Below the pieces are notes generated by a model that was given only the letters and a program-made list of their open reading frames with translations, ran no database searches and had not been told where the DNA came from. From the NCBI RefSeq assembly GCF_018977255.1, contig NW_024704742.1, positions 16,990,001 through 17,054,000 of the forward strand: a stretch of DNA of 64,000 nucleotides. Reading direction: 5' to 3'. Made by a program: the position numbers and the translations under genes. Positions 1-12,846 of the stretch are shown piece by piece. Position 1 is the stretch's first letter; each line of letters starts with the position of its first letter. The stretch comes from Callorhinchus milii (Eukaryota).

Positions 1-337
1 CAGAGAGGTCAAGGAGGATAAGGAGGCAGAGGGAGTCCTGGTCACAGATGGACAGAATGTCATTCGCCACTTTGACCAGGGCTGGTTCTGTGCTGGGGCG
101 GGGCACGGAAACCCGATTGGAGGGGTTCAAGAAGGGAGTGGCGGGATAGGAAGAGCGATGCTGAGAAGTAACAACTCATTCCAGGGCATTGGAGAGGAAG
201 GGGAGGTTGGAGATGGGGCGGTAATTAGGGAGTAGAGAAGGTTCCAGGGAAGGTTTTTTAAGGATAGGAATGATAACAGCCTTTTTTAATGGGGTGGGAA
301 CAGTACCAGAGGACAGGGAAATGTTTACTATGTCAAT
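1..337 (-). mobile_element. L2-clade LINE fragment (RT N-terminal part), runs off the window edge
   Basis: Encodes PILKKPSL...[12 protein letters not shown], homologous to the 37790 ORF. Confidence 0.85.
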
Positions 338-365
338 GAATAAGCATTTATTTAACCCGATTATA

Positions 366-803
366 CAACAACAACAAGATTCCATTTATTGAGCGCCTTT
401 CACGTCGGGAGGACGTCCCAAGGCGCTGGAAAGTTGGGTCAGGACCCGAGCAAGGGGGAAATGGTCAGGGTGAGGGGAGGGAAGGGAGGGAGCGAGGAGG
501 GGGTAGAAAGTCGAGAGGGGAGCTGAAGGCACGGTCAAAGAGAAAGGTCTTGAGACCGGCCTTGAAGGAGGAAAGAGAGGAGGCGGCGAAGGCACTGGGG
601 GATAGAGTTCCAGAGCCTCGGGGCTGAGAGGCTGAAGGCCCGGCCGCCGATGGTAGGGCGGTTGGGGCGGGGGATGTGGAGCAGACCGGAGCCAGCGGAA
701 CGGAGGGTACGGGCAGGTAAGTAGGGGGATAGTAGGTCGGAGAGGTAGGAGGGAGCAAGGCCGTGAATGGCCTTGTAGGTGAGGATGAGGATCTTGAATT
801 CGA
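366..803 (-). mobile_element. Young 5'-truncated L2 LINE 3' end with (TTG)n tail
   Basis: Near-identical reverse complement of about 39185-39622; encodes [24 protein letters not shown]. Confidence 0.92.
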
Positions 804-948
804 CATGAACTAGCAAAAATTTGTGTTCTATAAAGAGGTTATGAAAAGATCACTATTGTTAGCCACCAGTTCATAATATGCTCAAAAGCCCCTTGATAAA
901 TGGGCACTGTAATTTTTAACTTGAGCATTACTATTTAGTAGCCTTTAC

Positions 949-1074
949 CTTCACAGCTCTTCTTGTCTGCTGCAAGCTCGTAGCCTGGATCGCAAGTGCA
1001 TTTATAACTGCCCAAAGTGTTCAAACATCGTTGCTCGCAACCTCCGTTGTCAGGCCTGGCACATTCATCCTCCT
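949..1074 (-). CDS. TLL1: TLL1 coding exon (exon 14 equivalent), calcium-binding EGF1: [42 protein letters not shown]
   Basis: Not in the ORF track; six-Cys EGF pattern with DEC and CxNxxGSYxC; acceptor cctacag, donor GAAG|gtaaag; 126 nt. Confidence 0.96.
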
Positions 1075-1299
1075 CTGTAGGGAGAGTAAAGAAATGACAA
1101 CCTTTATCATAAACCTACCTCTGCATTTTTGTCTACGAAGAATGTTTCGTATGGGATTGACAACTTAACGCTGTTTTCGAAGGAAGTTGGTTAGACCATT
1201 ATTCACCTTGTAAATGATCCAATCAATACAAAAACAGTGTACATTTATATAACACCCTTTAAGTGGGGCAGCATGGTTGGATGTTTTGTTGGGAAAACA

Positions 1300-1760
1300 G
1301 AACAACAAAAATTACATTTGTATAAACCTGTCACATTGTGACAATGTCCCAAGACGCTGGACTGTCAGTGTTTCGGACGTGAGCTGCGGGTCGGAATTGG
1401 GGAGGGTGGAGGGGGAAGGAGGGTGACCAAAGGCATGGTTGAAAAGGAGGGTCTTGAGACGGGTTTTGAAGGAGTCAAGGCAGGGGGAGCGGCAGAGGAA
1501 CTGTACGATGGAGTTCCAGAGAGTCGGTCTGAGTGGCTGAAGGCCTGCCCGTCAATGATGGGGTGGGCGAGGCGGGGTACGTGAAGCAGGCCAGAGCCCA
1601 CTGAGTGGAGGGAGCGGGCAAGTTTGCAGGGGTTTAGGTCACAGAGGGGGGAGCAAAGCCATGGAGGACTTTGAAGGTGCGGACCAGGATCTTGAACTTT
1701 ATCCTCTGAGCGATGGGAAGCCAGTGGAGCCGGGCGAGGATGGGAGTGATAGGATCGTGA
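1300..1760 (-). mobile_element. Older L2 3' fragment
   Basis: Diverged match to the L2 3' end (SGLLHVPR motif, tail hairpin). Ends approximate. Confidence 0.8.
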
Positions 1761-2254
1761 TGAAAAGCATTGAGTGCAAGTGTTTTTTGATCCCTGTGTC
1801 TGCTGTACTTCCTCGGTTTACTGCTTAGTGGTTATCTGCTAAAACGCTGTGTAACATGGGTGAAAACACCGGATTTCAGCATCATGGAAACATAGCAATA
1901 TTATAGGAGAGGGGAGCTGTCAATTGTGGTCAGCTCAACCAATTGAAATAACCACTCCGGTCAGCAGAAGAGAACAAGCTCAACCAATAACAAATAGCTC
2001 CAACGGGGCACATAGTGACAGAGGGCAAGCAGCATCCAACCATGTTCTGGATGGAGAGCAGGGGCGGGCCTGGTGCATTTTGTGAAAGAAAAATAAAAAG
2101 ACTGCAAAGTTTCACACTGAATGGTAATAGATGTTTGTTAAGTAAATACACATGTAAACATATATGAGAAGTACAGTTACCTGTATTGTGTGAGTTTATG
2201 TACTAAAATTAGTGTATGTGGCTAAAATGGTGTTGCCATATAACATATAAATTG

Positions 2255-2363
2255 GTGTGTGGAGTAAGGAAACTTGCCTAAGGTTTCACCCCGCTCAGGA
2301 ATCAAAATTGGGTCCACTCGCTTGCGAGGCGAGTACGCTAACCACTATGCTACAGGACTCCAC
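2255..2363 (-). mobile_element. Isolated tRNA-derived SINE head
   Basis: Matches the head of the SINE at 32199 (ggagtcctgtagc...ggcaagtttccttactccacac). Confidence 0.8.
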
Positions 2364-3106
2364 AGAGCTAAGTGGGTTTCAGGCCATTCATTCTTGACCC
2401 ACCATTCATTTGCTTCATTTACATAGAAGCAACTGATGGGCCATTAACAGATTGCGGAATCATGGAAAGGGCATGAAAGGGTTGTTAGTCACAGGTAATC
2501 CGAGGATGGAGTAAGATATGCAAGCCCTTTTTATCTCTTAAAAAGCAATTTAGCAGAGGAAATTCAATGGTTTAGATTGGTTCTTGAAACTGTACCAATC
2601 ACCAGGAGATTGAGGATGATTGGAAATCATGAAGAAGGTCATCTGTGGGATATTTCCTCAACACATCTGTTGCAAAATAAATTGATGTGATAGAGATTGA
2701 AGGTTTATGTTTATTGCGAACAAAAGCAATATAATTTTATAGGATTACGTGGGTCCAATTTTCCCTTTGTGGACACAAACAGAAAATCAAATACTGCTGT
2801 TCCGACTTATTATGATGTGGCGAAGTATCTTCTTCCCACTGGCTGCAGTGCTTCAGAAAAGGCATGTTGGGTAAGATTTAACTTATGATTTGACAAACTC
2901 AGTGGTTATTTCATATACTCTGGTGGAAAAGGCAGCTACACACTAATATATGGCATTTTTTGAAAATTAGAACAAAAAATATTATTGAGGAAGGAGGTGT
3001 CAAGGTCTCAAGCTGTCAAGAATCAACATGGCTTTTCTGTACGCCACATACCCTGGAATAAATGGCTGTAATTAGGACACGAGTCCAGGAAAATCATCAT
3101 CCTGGC

Positions 3107-4408
3107 AGCTTCATGGCTTTACAAAAGGGAAGTAATGCTTAACTAATCTTTTAGAGTTTTTTGAAAATGTATCTAGCAGGTTAGATAGGGGGGAACCATC
3201 TACTAGATGTAGTATATTTAGATTTTAAAAAGGCATTTGACAAAGTGCCACACAAAAGGCTATTGCACAAGGTTAAGGCCCACGGGATTAATGGGAATAT
3301 ATTAGCATGGATTGAAAAGTGGCTAACGGGTAGAAAACAGAGAGTAGGGATACACGGGTCATTCTCGAATTGGCAGGATGTGACTAATGGAGTGGCACAA
3401 TGATCAGTGCTTGGGCCTCAGCTATTTACAATTTACATCAATGATCTAGACGAGGACATTGAATGTAACGTATCTAAATTCGCGGATGACACCAAACTAG
3501 GAAAAGCAAGCTCTGAGGATGATGCAAAACAATTGCAACGGGATATAGATAGGCTAGGGGAGTGGGCGAGTAGGTGGCAGATGGAATTTAATGTGGGGAA
3601 GTGTGAAGTTATTCACCTAGGTAGAAAAAATAGAAAANCAGATTATTTTCTAGAGGGGGAGAGATTAGATAGTGTTAGTGTTCAGAGGGATTTGGGTATC
3701 CTTGTATACCAGTCTCAAAAAGTTAGTTTGCAGGTGCAGCAAGCAACTAAGAAGGCGAACGGCATGTTAGTGTTCATTGCAAAAGGTTTAGAGTACAAGA
3801 GTAGGGAAGTCTTGCTGCAACTGTATAGGGTCTTGGTGAGACCGCACCTAGAGTATTGTGAGCAGTTTTGGTCTCCTTCTTTAAAAAAGGACATACTTGC
3901 CCTAGAGGGGGTGCAGCGTAGATTCACCAGGTTAGTTCCTGGGATGAGGGGACTGACCTATGAGGATAGGCTGAATAAACTAGGGCTGTATTCTCTAGAG
4001 TACAGAAGAATTAGGGGAGATTTTATTGAAACATATAAGATTCTTAAAGGGCTGGATAAAGTAGACACCGAGGGACTGTTTCCCCTAGTAGGAGAATCTA
4101 TAACCAGGGGTCACAGTCTTAAAATTAAGGGTCAGCCTTTTAGAACAGAGTTGAGGAAACATTTCTTCACTCAGAGGGTAGTGAATTTATGGAGTTCACT
4201 ACCCCAGAAGGCTGTAGATGCTCAGTCCTTGAACATCTTCAAGGCTGAGACTGATAGATTTTTAAAAAAGAGGGATTAGGGGATATGGGGATAGGCAGGT
4301 AATTAGAGTTAGGTCTTAAATTCAGCCATAGTCTTATCAAATGGCGGGGCAGGCTCGAGGGGCCAAATGGCCTACTCCTGCTCCTAATTCTTATGTTCTT
4401 ATATTCTT
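3107..4408 (+). mobile_element. CR1 LINE, 5'-truncated, RT domain to 3' tail
   Basis: ORF 3407..4279 with SKFADDTKLG, LVRPHLEYC and LEGVQRRFTRL motifs; upstream LDFxKAFDKVPH with stops; (TTCTTATR)n-like tail. Confidence 0.93.
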
Positions 4409-4549
4409 ATTTATAAAATGTCACTTCAAATTGTCTTATCACAAGATCAAACAAGATGACAAGATTGGATTGGATCTCTATCATCTTCCCATCACAGCAT
4501 CAAACTGTTTTGTAATGAGCCCAGTGTGATATCATTCAAATTCCCGTGA

Positions 4550-4770
4550 TTCCCCACACATACATGAACCCAAACCCCACACCCACAATCATATTCCCAA
4601 ACACACACAGACACACCCATAAAGGCAAACAAACATACAGGAAAATATAAACCTAACGACACACTGACAAACACACACACAGACACTCACACACAAAAAT
4701 ACATCCAAAGGTACACATAGACAAACATACAAAAACAAACACATCAACAGCAAAAATACACATATATCAA
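4550..4770. repeat. CA-rich low-complexity tract
   Basis: Degenerate (CA)n/(ACAT)n sequence. Confidence 0.7.
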
Positions 4771-5439
4771 TCAGCCTTCATATGAATGAAATGACAATTT
4801 TCTTTTGGAATGGTAAAATAGGATAAAAACAAAGACAAAAGGGTCCAATAAAGTTAGCCCTATCTGTAAACTCCAGAATGTATTTAGGGAAATGAAATTA
4901 AAATCTGCTCTCTTTCCTCGCAGGAGTTATTCATTGCCAGGCAACCAATAGGTGGGACGTGATACAATTCCATGGTGACTACGAATGCTATTCCACAATT
5001 GGTGAATAAGAATTCCTGCTGAGCTGTGTTGTAGATCTACCCTACAACGTAACATATGAGGTGCTCAAGCTAACAACCTGGTGGCTACTGCTTACAGCAG
5101 TCAAAGACAAGCAAGCTAAAGTGATAGGCAGCACTTGGAGTTAATTGGGCTTTAATACAAACATGCACTTTATGTCATATGGACCAATGTTTAATCTGGC
5201 TGTATCTTATGCTTATACACTCATTCATTGTTATCGGCTGTTCATGGCACATTGGTGTGCACAAATTGGCTGCCACATTTGGCTATAAAAATACACAGCC
5301 GCTATGCTTTACAGTGCATCTCGTGAAGAGCTTTGAGATGTCCTTCCAATGTGAAAGGGCCTACATCAAATCCAACGATTTGATATTATTATTCAGTCAA
5401 TCCACATTTTGATGTCTTTAAAGCAAACTCTAAAGCACT

Positions 5440-5910
5440 GTCAACAACAACAACTTGCACTTATATAGCACCCTCCACACAGGGCAGCGTCTCAGAGAGC
5501 TTAACAATGGTGGAGCCTGACTCCAAGCCGGGGGTGTTTGGGCGGAGGTGACAGTAAGCACGGTCAAAAAGGAAGGTCTTAAGGCACGACTTGAAAAAGG
5601 GTAGAGAGGGGGCAAGGCAAAGGGATTGAGGGAGAGTGTTCCAAAGTTTCGGGGATTGGTGGCTGAAAGCGCCACTTCAAATGGTGGAATTGGAGGGTGC
5701 GAGGAACAAGCAGGAGGCCAGTGCCAGTCGAGCGGAGGAGCCGAGTGGTGGATTGGGAAGTGAGGAGGTCGGAGAGTAGGGAGGTGCCAGGGAGTGAAGG
5801 CATTTGAACACAAGTGTGAGGATCTTGAAGTCGATCCGTTTAGTGATGGGGTGCCAGTGGAGCCTGGCCAGAACTAGTGAGCTAGGGGTACAAAGTTTGG
5901 TCCGGGTAAA
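5440..5910 (-). mobile_element. L2 3' fragment, second subfamily (related to 7610-8250 and 60300-61440)
   Basis: LARLHWHPITKRIDFKILTLVFK; (TTG)n tail at about 5442-5454. Confidence 0.85.
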
Positions 5911-6059
5911 TATGGACCAAACATCAGTTGCAGTGGCCATCCATGACAAAGTGATGAAGTATGTTATTTTGTATCAACATAAAAGAGTGCTCTTCCGAAG
6001 GTCACTAAGTTTAAAGGTCGTGGTGTTATAAACACTCATATTATATATAGACTTAAAGC

Positions 6060-6064
<5 letters not shown>

Positions 6065-6092
<28 letters not shown>
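6065..6092. repeat. (TA)n microsatellite
   Basis: Directly visible run. Confidence 0.9.
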
Positions 6093-6095
<3 letters not shown>

Positions 6096-6464
6096 GTTCC
6101 ATCCTCTGGAGAATTCACCCCTACCCTCTGGATCTAGGATAAATCTGTCAGCAGTGCTGACAAGAATAAGGTTCTTTAAAAGGATGGGATGCGTAATTAA
6201 GAATCTATTTAAACTTAATTTTCATCATTGTTGAAATAGTTTCCGTAGCTCGTAAAATTCTCTCTTTAAAAATACAACACAAATTGCAACAGACAAAGTG
6301 CAATCCCAACAGACAAGAGCGAAAAGCTATAATACAGTCATGACTGGTAAAGCTCCCGCCTTCTGTGCAGAAACTGTCTATCTTTCTAGGATCAGAATAA
6401 AGATGTGAAAACTCCACAATAGTTTACAAATCTGATTTCAGCCATGCTTCTGTCTCCAAAATAA

Positions 6465-6770
6465 ACAATAATAATAATTCTTGGATTTGATATAGCGCCT
6501 TATCACATCTTCGAGAAGTCTCAAAACGCTTCACAGAATATACTGTAAAGTGAATTTTACTGTATCTTTTGTGGGCGAAATGCAGCAGCCAATTGCGCAC
6601 AGCAGTGTCCCACAAATAGTCGTGGACTGAAGCGACCAATTTATTATTATTATTTTTTTGAAGAAATTATTACCAAAACAATCACTACTCTTGACAGTAT
6701 ATCCTATGAAGCACTTTGAGATGTCCTCCCAACTTGAAAGGCACTGTATCAAATCTGAGGATTGTTATGA
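6465..6770. mobile_element. Two SINE 3' tail fragments in opposite orientation (minus about 6465-6655; plus about 6680-6770)
   Basis: Both match the 3' half of the SINE at 32199-32520. Confidence 0.75.
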
Positions 6771-7203
6771 AATTTGCCTGCAGCACTCTCTTAATATAGT
6801 AGGATACATGTCTTTCATGTCAGTGGATGTCTCAAAGAGGATCGTGAAGGGTGTTATATAAATACAGATCATTGTTGTTATTGTTCTAGGCTCTTGTAGG
6901 CTGACAGCCTGAAATTTCCCTATATTTCTCCACAGCACTAATATCTCTATGAGTTAGGTGGGAATAGTTATTTTACATGACAGCACAAAGATTGGACAGA
7001 ATTTGCTGGACTTTATCGGTTTGTTGATAATAATTAAAAAAACTTGCATTCAATGGCATTCACCTTATCATATCGTCAAGCGATCTCAAGGAGCTTCACA
7101 GGATTTTACTGTGAAGAGTAGGGGCTGTGTGTTTTGTAGGAAAATGTGGCAGCCAATTTGTGCACAACAATGTCCTACAAATATCCAATGAAGTGAATGT
7201 TCA

Positions 7204-7476
<273 letters not shown>

Positions 7477-7609
7477 CTAGGACAAAATAAAGAAAACATT
7501 TTACTTTTTTTACACAAGGAAAACAGGACCTAATATGAATTCAAAAGACCAAATAGACACAAAAACATATATATAATATATAAATTTTATTTATATAGAT
7601 GCAGAAATT

Positions 7610-8250
7610 AAAAGGCCTTCACGCCGGGCGGCGTCCCAAGGCACTTAACAATGGTGGAGCCTGATACTGAGCCAGGGGGAGGGGGAAGGTGACCATAGGC
7701 ATAGTCGAAGAGGAAGGTCTTCAGTTGCAACCTGAAACTGAGGAAAGTGGGGGCAAGGCGAAGGGATTGAGGGAGGGAGTTCCATAGCTTCGGGGCATAG
7801 TGGCGGAGGATTCAAGGGGTGAGGAGGAGGCCAGAGCCATTAGAGCGGAGGCAGCCAGTAGTGATGTGAGGGGAGAGGAGGTTGGAGAGATGGGGGGGTG
7901 CCAAGGTGAGGAGGATCTTGAATTTGATCTGCTTTGTGACAGGGAGCCAGAGGAGTTTGACAAGGACTGGAGTAATCGAGGAGCAGAGTTTGGTGTCATT
8001 GAGAATGTGGATGACAGAGTTTTGGATGAGTTGAATTTTGTGAATAGTGGAGGAGGAGAGAACAGTGAGGAGAGCGTTTGAGTAATCCAGCCGTGAGGTG
8101 ACGAAGGCGTGGACAAGGGTTTTGACAGTGAGGTATTGTCGGAGATGGATAATGTGGCGGAGCTGGAGGAAAGCGGTCCTGATCAGGGACTGGATGTGGG
8201 AGAGGAAGGATAACTGGGGATCGAACCTGATGCCTAAATTGCAAACGAGT
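7610..8250 (-). mobile_element. L2 3' fragment, second subfamily, with internal deletions
   Basis: Homologous to 60720-61400; tail hairpin ACGCC-GCCC-GGCGT. Confidence 0.8.
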
Positions 8251-8617
8251 TCAGAGAGTTTTAATACTTAACTCAGTGGTAAAACGCTGAATAATTTAAA
8301 CTTTAGGAGGCGGGTATATTAATGGAATTTTAAATAAGACCAAACAGCATGGAATCTACTTTACAGCTCAAATGTCCTCAATGGAAAATCTGTGAGTAGA
8401 TCCTAAAATATTTCAATACCTCCCAACAAACACAAAGTGACCCCTATAATCTCATTTATGGATTACAGCTCCCGATGGGGATTAATTATATAGTCCTCTG
8501 CATTTTGCCTTGGGTTGATCCATTACATCCAGTTGCTTCTCAACACAAAGAGGCCAAAACAATGGAGATTGCCTCCCATTATCTGCTTTCAGGTATATTA
8601 TTGTGACATATAATTAC

Positions 8618-8763
8618 CTCAAATGCCTGGAAAATTAATCCTACATGGTAATGCTCAGACATGGTGATCTTCCATACACACTCCTTCATCGGTCTGTAGT
8701 CATCTGGATAGTTAGGAGACTGAATCTGCCCGGATTCTTTGTGGATCTCACCTCCACAGATTG
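8618..8763 (-). CDS. TLL1: TLL1 coding exon (exon 12 equivalent), CUB2 start: [49 protein letters not shown]
   Basis: Within ORF 8579..8827; acceptor tttatcag, donor GAG|gtaatt; 146 nt. Confidence 0.96.
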
Positions 8764-9848
8764 CTGATAAAGTAAGCACATTCCTGTTATGGCACCCTTC
8801 AATACAGCGCCTCAATATACAATACAATTTACATTTATACAGTGACTTTCATGTTAGCGGGATATATCAAAAGTGTTCACAGGCAGGATGTCCACAGAGC
8901 TGGTTGGGCAGCCAGGCAGGTGGTGGGAGACGAGGGGGCAGGGATGGGAACCAGAATTATAGATTAAGCCTGACTAACCTTGTAGCTCATAAATCAAACA
9001 AACAAAATGACATTTGTACAGCATCTTTCACGTCGGGAGGATATCCCAAGGCATTGGACAATCAGTGTTGCGGATTCAAGCTGTGGGTCGGGATCGGGGT
9101 AGATAGCTGGCGGGGGAAGAAGGGTGACCGAAGGCACGGTCGAAGAGGAAGGTCTTGAGATTAAAGGAAGCATGGGAGGGGGCAAGGTGGAGGGACTGCG
9201 GGATGGAGTTTCAGAAGGTGGGGGCAGAGTGGCCCACCAATGGTGGGTGGGCGATGTGGGGGACATGAACCAGGCTGGAGCCTGCTGAGTTGAGGGAGTG
9301 AGCAGATTGGTAAGAGGTTAAGGTGGTCGCAAAGGTAGGGGGTATCAGGGCCATGGAGGATTTTGAAAGTGAGGACCAGGATCTTGAACTATATCCTCTG
9401 TGTGATGGGAAGCCAGGGAAGTTGGGCGAGGATAGGGATAATAGGGTTGCAGGTGTGGAGGGAGGAGTTGGAGAGGCCAACAAGCAGGAAGTTTGCATAG
9501 TCATGCCTGGATATTATGAATGCGTGTATGAGGGTTTCAGCAGCCTGAGGCGTGAGACAGTGGCAGAGCCGGGTGATGTTGCAGAGGTGGGGCAGGGCGT
9601 AGCGGGTCATGGCACCGATGTGGGGTATGAAGGACAGTTGAGGGTCAAACAGGACGCCGAGGTTCCGTATTGGATCCATGAGGTGTAGAGTGAATCCATG
9701 GAGGTAGATGCTGTCAGCACCTGAGGTGTGGAGGCTCTGACGGGAGCCAAGCAAGAGAGCCTCAGTCTTGTTGACTGAAGAAAGTTAGCTCTCATCCAGG
9801 ACTTGACGTCCGACAGACATTCAGTCAGGACAGCAGTGGTCCTGGAGT

Positions 9849-12451
9849 AACATAACATGTAGGAGCAGGAGTAGGCCATTCGGCCCTTCGAGCCTGCCCC
9901 GCCATTCAATCATGGCTGACCTTCTAATCTAACTCCAGCTACTACCATAACCCTGCCTTATCCCCATATCCCTTAATCCCTTTTGTAATAAGAAATCTAT
10001 CTATCTCAGTCTTGAATATGTTCAAGAACTGAGCGTCAACAGCCCTTTGGGGTAGTGAGTTCCATATATTCACTACCCTTTGACTGAAGAAGTTCTTCCT
10101 CAACTCAGTGCGAAAGGGCTGGCCTCTGATTTTAAGGTTGTGACCCTTGGTTTTAGTTTCTCCAACAGGAGAAACAATCTCCCACTATCTACTCTATCAT
10201 GCCCTTTGATGATCTTATCAGTTTCTATAAGATCCCCTCTAATTCCTCTATATTCTAGAGAATATAGGCCCAAATTGGTCAGCCTATCCTCGTAACTCAT
10301 CCCCTTCATCCCTGGTGCTAACCTAGTAAATCTATGCTGCACCCCCTCCAAGGCAAGTACATCCTTCCTTAAATAAGGAGACCAAAACTGCACACAGTAT
10401 TCCAGGTGTGGTCTCATCAGGGCCCTATACAGTTGCAGCAAGACTTCCCTACTCTTATACTCTAATCCTTTCATAATGAATGCTAACAACAACAAGATTT
10501 CATTTATAGAGCGCCTTTCACGTCGGGAGGACGTCCCAAAGCGCTGGACAATTGGGTCGGGACCCAAGCAGGGGGGAAATGGTCAGGGCGAGGGGAGGGA
10601 AGGGAGGGAGCGAGGAGGGGGTAGAGAGTCGAGAGGGGAGCTGAAGGCATGGTCCAAGAGGAAGGTCTTGAGACCGGCCTTGAAGGAGGAAAGGGAGGAA
10701 GCAAGGCGAAGGCATGGGGGGATGGAGTTCCAGAGCCGAGAGGCTGAAGGCCCGGCCACCGATGGTAGGGCGGTTGGGGCGGGGGATGTGGAGCAGACCG
10801 GAGCCAGAGGAACGGAGGGTACGGGCAGGTAGGTAGGGGGATAGTAGGTCAGAGAGGTAGGAGGGAGCAAGGCCGTGAATGGCCTTGTAGGTGAGGATGA
10901 GGATCTTGAATTCGATCCTCTGGGGGATGGGGAGCCAGTGGAGGCGAGCGAGGGTGGGAGTGATGTGTTCCCGAAGCCTGGAGCGGGTCAGTACACAAGC
11001 TGCAGAGTTCTGAATGACCTGCAGCTTGTGGAGGGAGGTGCCGGGAAGGCCGGAGAGGAGAGAGTTCCCATAGTCCAGCCTTGAGGTGATAAAGGCGTGG
11101 ACCAAAGTTTCAGCAGCGTGAGGGGTGAGGTAGTGCCGTAGTCTGGCGATGTTTTCGAGGTGATGGAAGGCGGTGCCAGTTGTGGCACAGATATGAGGAA
11201 GAACATACTGTTTGCCTTCCTAATTGCTGCTGCACCTGCAGACTAACTTTCTGTGATTGATGTACAAGGACACCCAAGTCCCTCTGGACGCTAACACATT
11301 CCAATCTCTCCCCTTCTAAAAAATAACCCGCTCTACTGTTTTTGCTACCTAGGTGGATGACTTCGCACTTCTCTACATTATACTTCATCTGCCACCTACC
11401 TGCCCAATCACCTAACCTATCTATGTCTCACTGCATTTTTCTAATGTCGTCCTCTGTGTTGACACTTCCTCCTAGTTTTGTGTCAACCGCGAATTTAGAT
11501 ATATTAGCTCCGATGTCCTCATCTAGATTGTTGATGTAAATGGTAAATAGCTGAGGCCCAAGCACTGATCTTTGTGGCACTCCACTAGTCACATCCCGCC
11601 AATCTGAAAAGGACCCATTTATCCCTAGTCTTTGTTTCCTACCCGTTAACCATTTCCCAATCCATGTTAATATGCTCCCCCCAATTCCATGGGCCCTTAT
11701 CTTTTGGACTAACCTTTTATGCGGCACCTTATCGAATGCCTTCTGGAAGTCCAAATAGACCACATCCACTGATTCATCCTTATCTAGTTTGCTCGAAATA
11801 TCCTCAAAAAACTCTATGAGATTTGTCAAACATGACTTCCCTCTTGTAAAGCCATGTTGACTTGGCCTAATTATATTGTGTTCCCTAAATACCGCACTAC
11901 CACATCCTTAATCAATGATTCTAAAATTTTTCCTATCACTGATGTGAGACTAACTGGCCTATAGTTCCCCATCTTTTCCTTTCCACCTTTTTTAAATAGT
12001 GGTGTGACATTTGCGACCTTCCAATCCACGGAGACTGTTCCAGAATCCAAGGAATTTTGGAAAATCAGACATAAGGGCTCCACTATCTCATAACCTACCT
12101 CTTTTAAAACCCTGGAATGCAAGCCATCCGGACCAGGGGATTTGCATTTTTTAGTGCTAACAGTTTCCCTAGCACCAATTCTCTACTAATGAAAATTTCC
12201 CTAAGTTGCTCCCTGTCCTTATCCCCTTGGTTCATCTCTATTGTTGGCAGACTTGTTGTGTCTTCTTGGGTGAAGACAGATGCAAAGAACCCATTTAGGG
12301 ACTCTGCCATGTCCTTGTCCCCCATTACAACTTCTCCCGTCTCTGACTGAAGTGGACCTACATTTACCCTCACTAGCCTATTACTCTTAATATATTTGTA
12401 AAAACTTTTACAATCAGACTTAATTTTCCTATCTAGCTTACCCTCATACTC
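9849..12451 (-). mobile_element. CR1 LINE (about 1.9 kb net), itself interrupted by a young L2 at 10485-11201
   Basis: ORF fragments DWKVANVTPLFKKG, YRPVSLTS, LDFQKAFDKVPH, FAVDTKLGG, RPHLEYCVQFWSP; same family as 3107-4408. Confidence 0.92.
10485..11201 (-). mobile_element. Young L2 3' fragment inserted in CR1
   Basis: ORF 10518..11105 [16 protein letters not shown]...[17 protein letters not shown]1 resumes either side with a short AACA duplication. Confidence 0.92.
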
Positions 12452-12526
12452 AAGGGTGGAGGCAGAGAGGTAGAGTTGGGTATCATCTGCATACGTGTGG
12501 AAGTTGACCCCATGTCTGCGGATGAT

Positions 12527-12846
12527 AATAATAATAATAATCCTTGCATTTGATTTAGCGCTTTTCATGTCGGGAGGACGTCCCAAAGCGCTTCACAGAA
12601 CACACTGTAAAGTGAATTGACTGTATATTTGTGGGCGAACGCGGCAGCCAATTGCGCAGAGCAATGTCCCACAAACAGTCGTAGGTTGAAAATGACCAAT
12701 TTATTATTGTTTTTGGTTTTGGAGGGATTATTATTAGGCGTGTGGAGTAAGGAAACTTGCCCAAGGTTTCGCCCTCTGCCTGGAATTGAACTCAGGTCTC
12801 TCGCTTGCAAAGCGAGTGCTCTAACCACTGAGCTACAGGACTCCAC
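12527..12846 (-). mobile_element. Full-length young tRNA(Ala)-derived SINE, about 320 bp
   Basis: About 9 differences by eye from the copy at 55780-56098; ATGAT duplicated at 12522-12526 and 12847-12851. Confidence 0.93.

Noticed and set aside
3407..4279. 290-aa ORF as a host gene
   Set aside because: C-terminal part of CR1 ORF2, preceded by an in-frame stop and other lesions.
12104..12586. Chimeric ORF joining SINE tail, L2 YADD motif and CR1 sequence
   Set aside because: Chance in-frame read-through across nested insertion junctions; no promoter or splice support.
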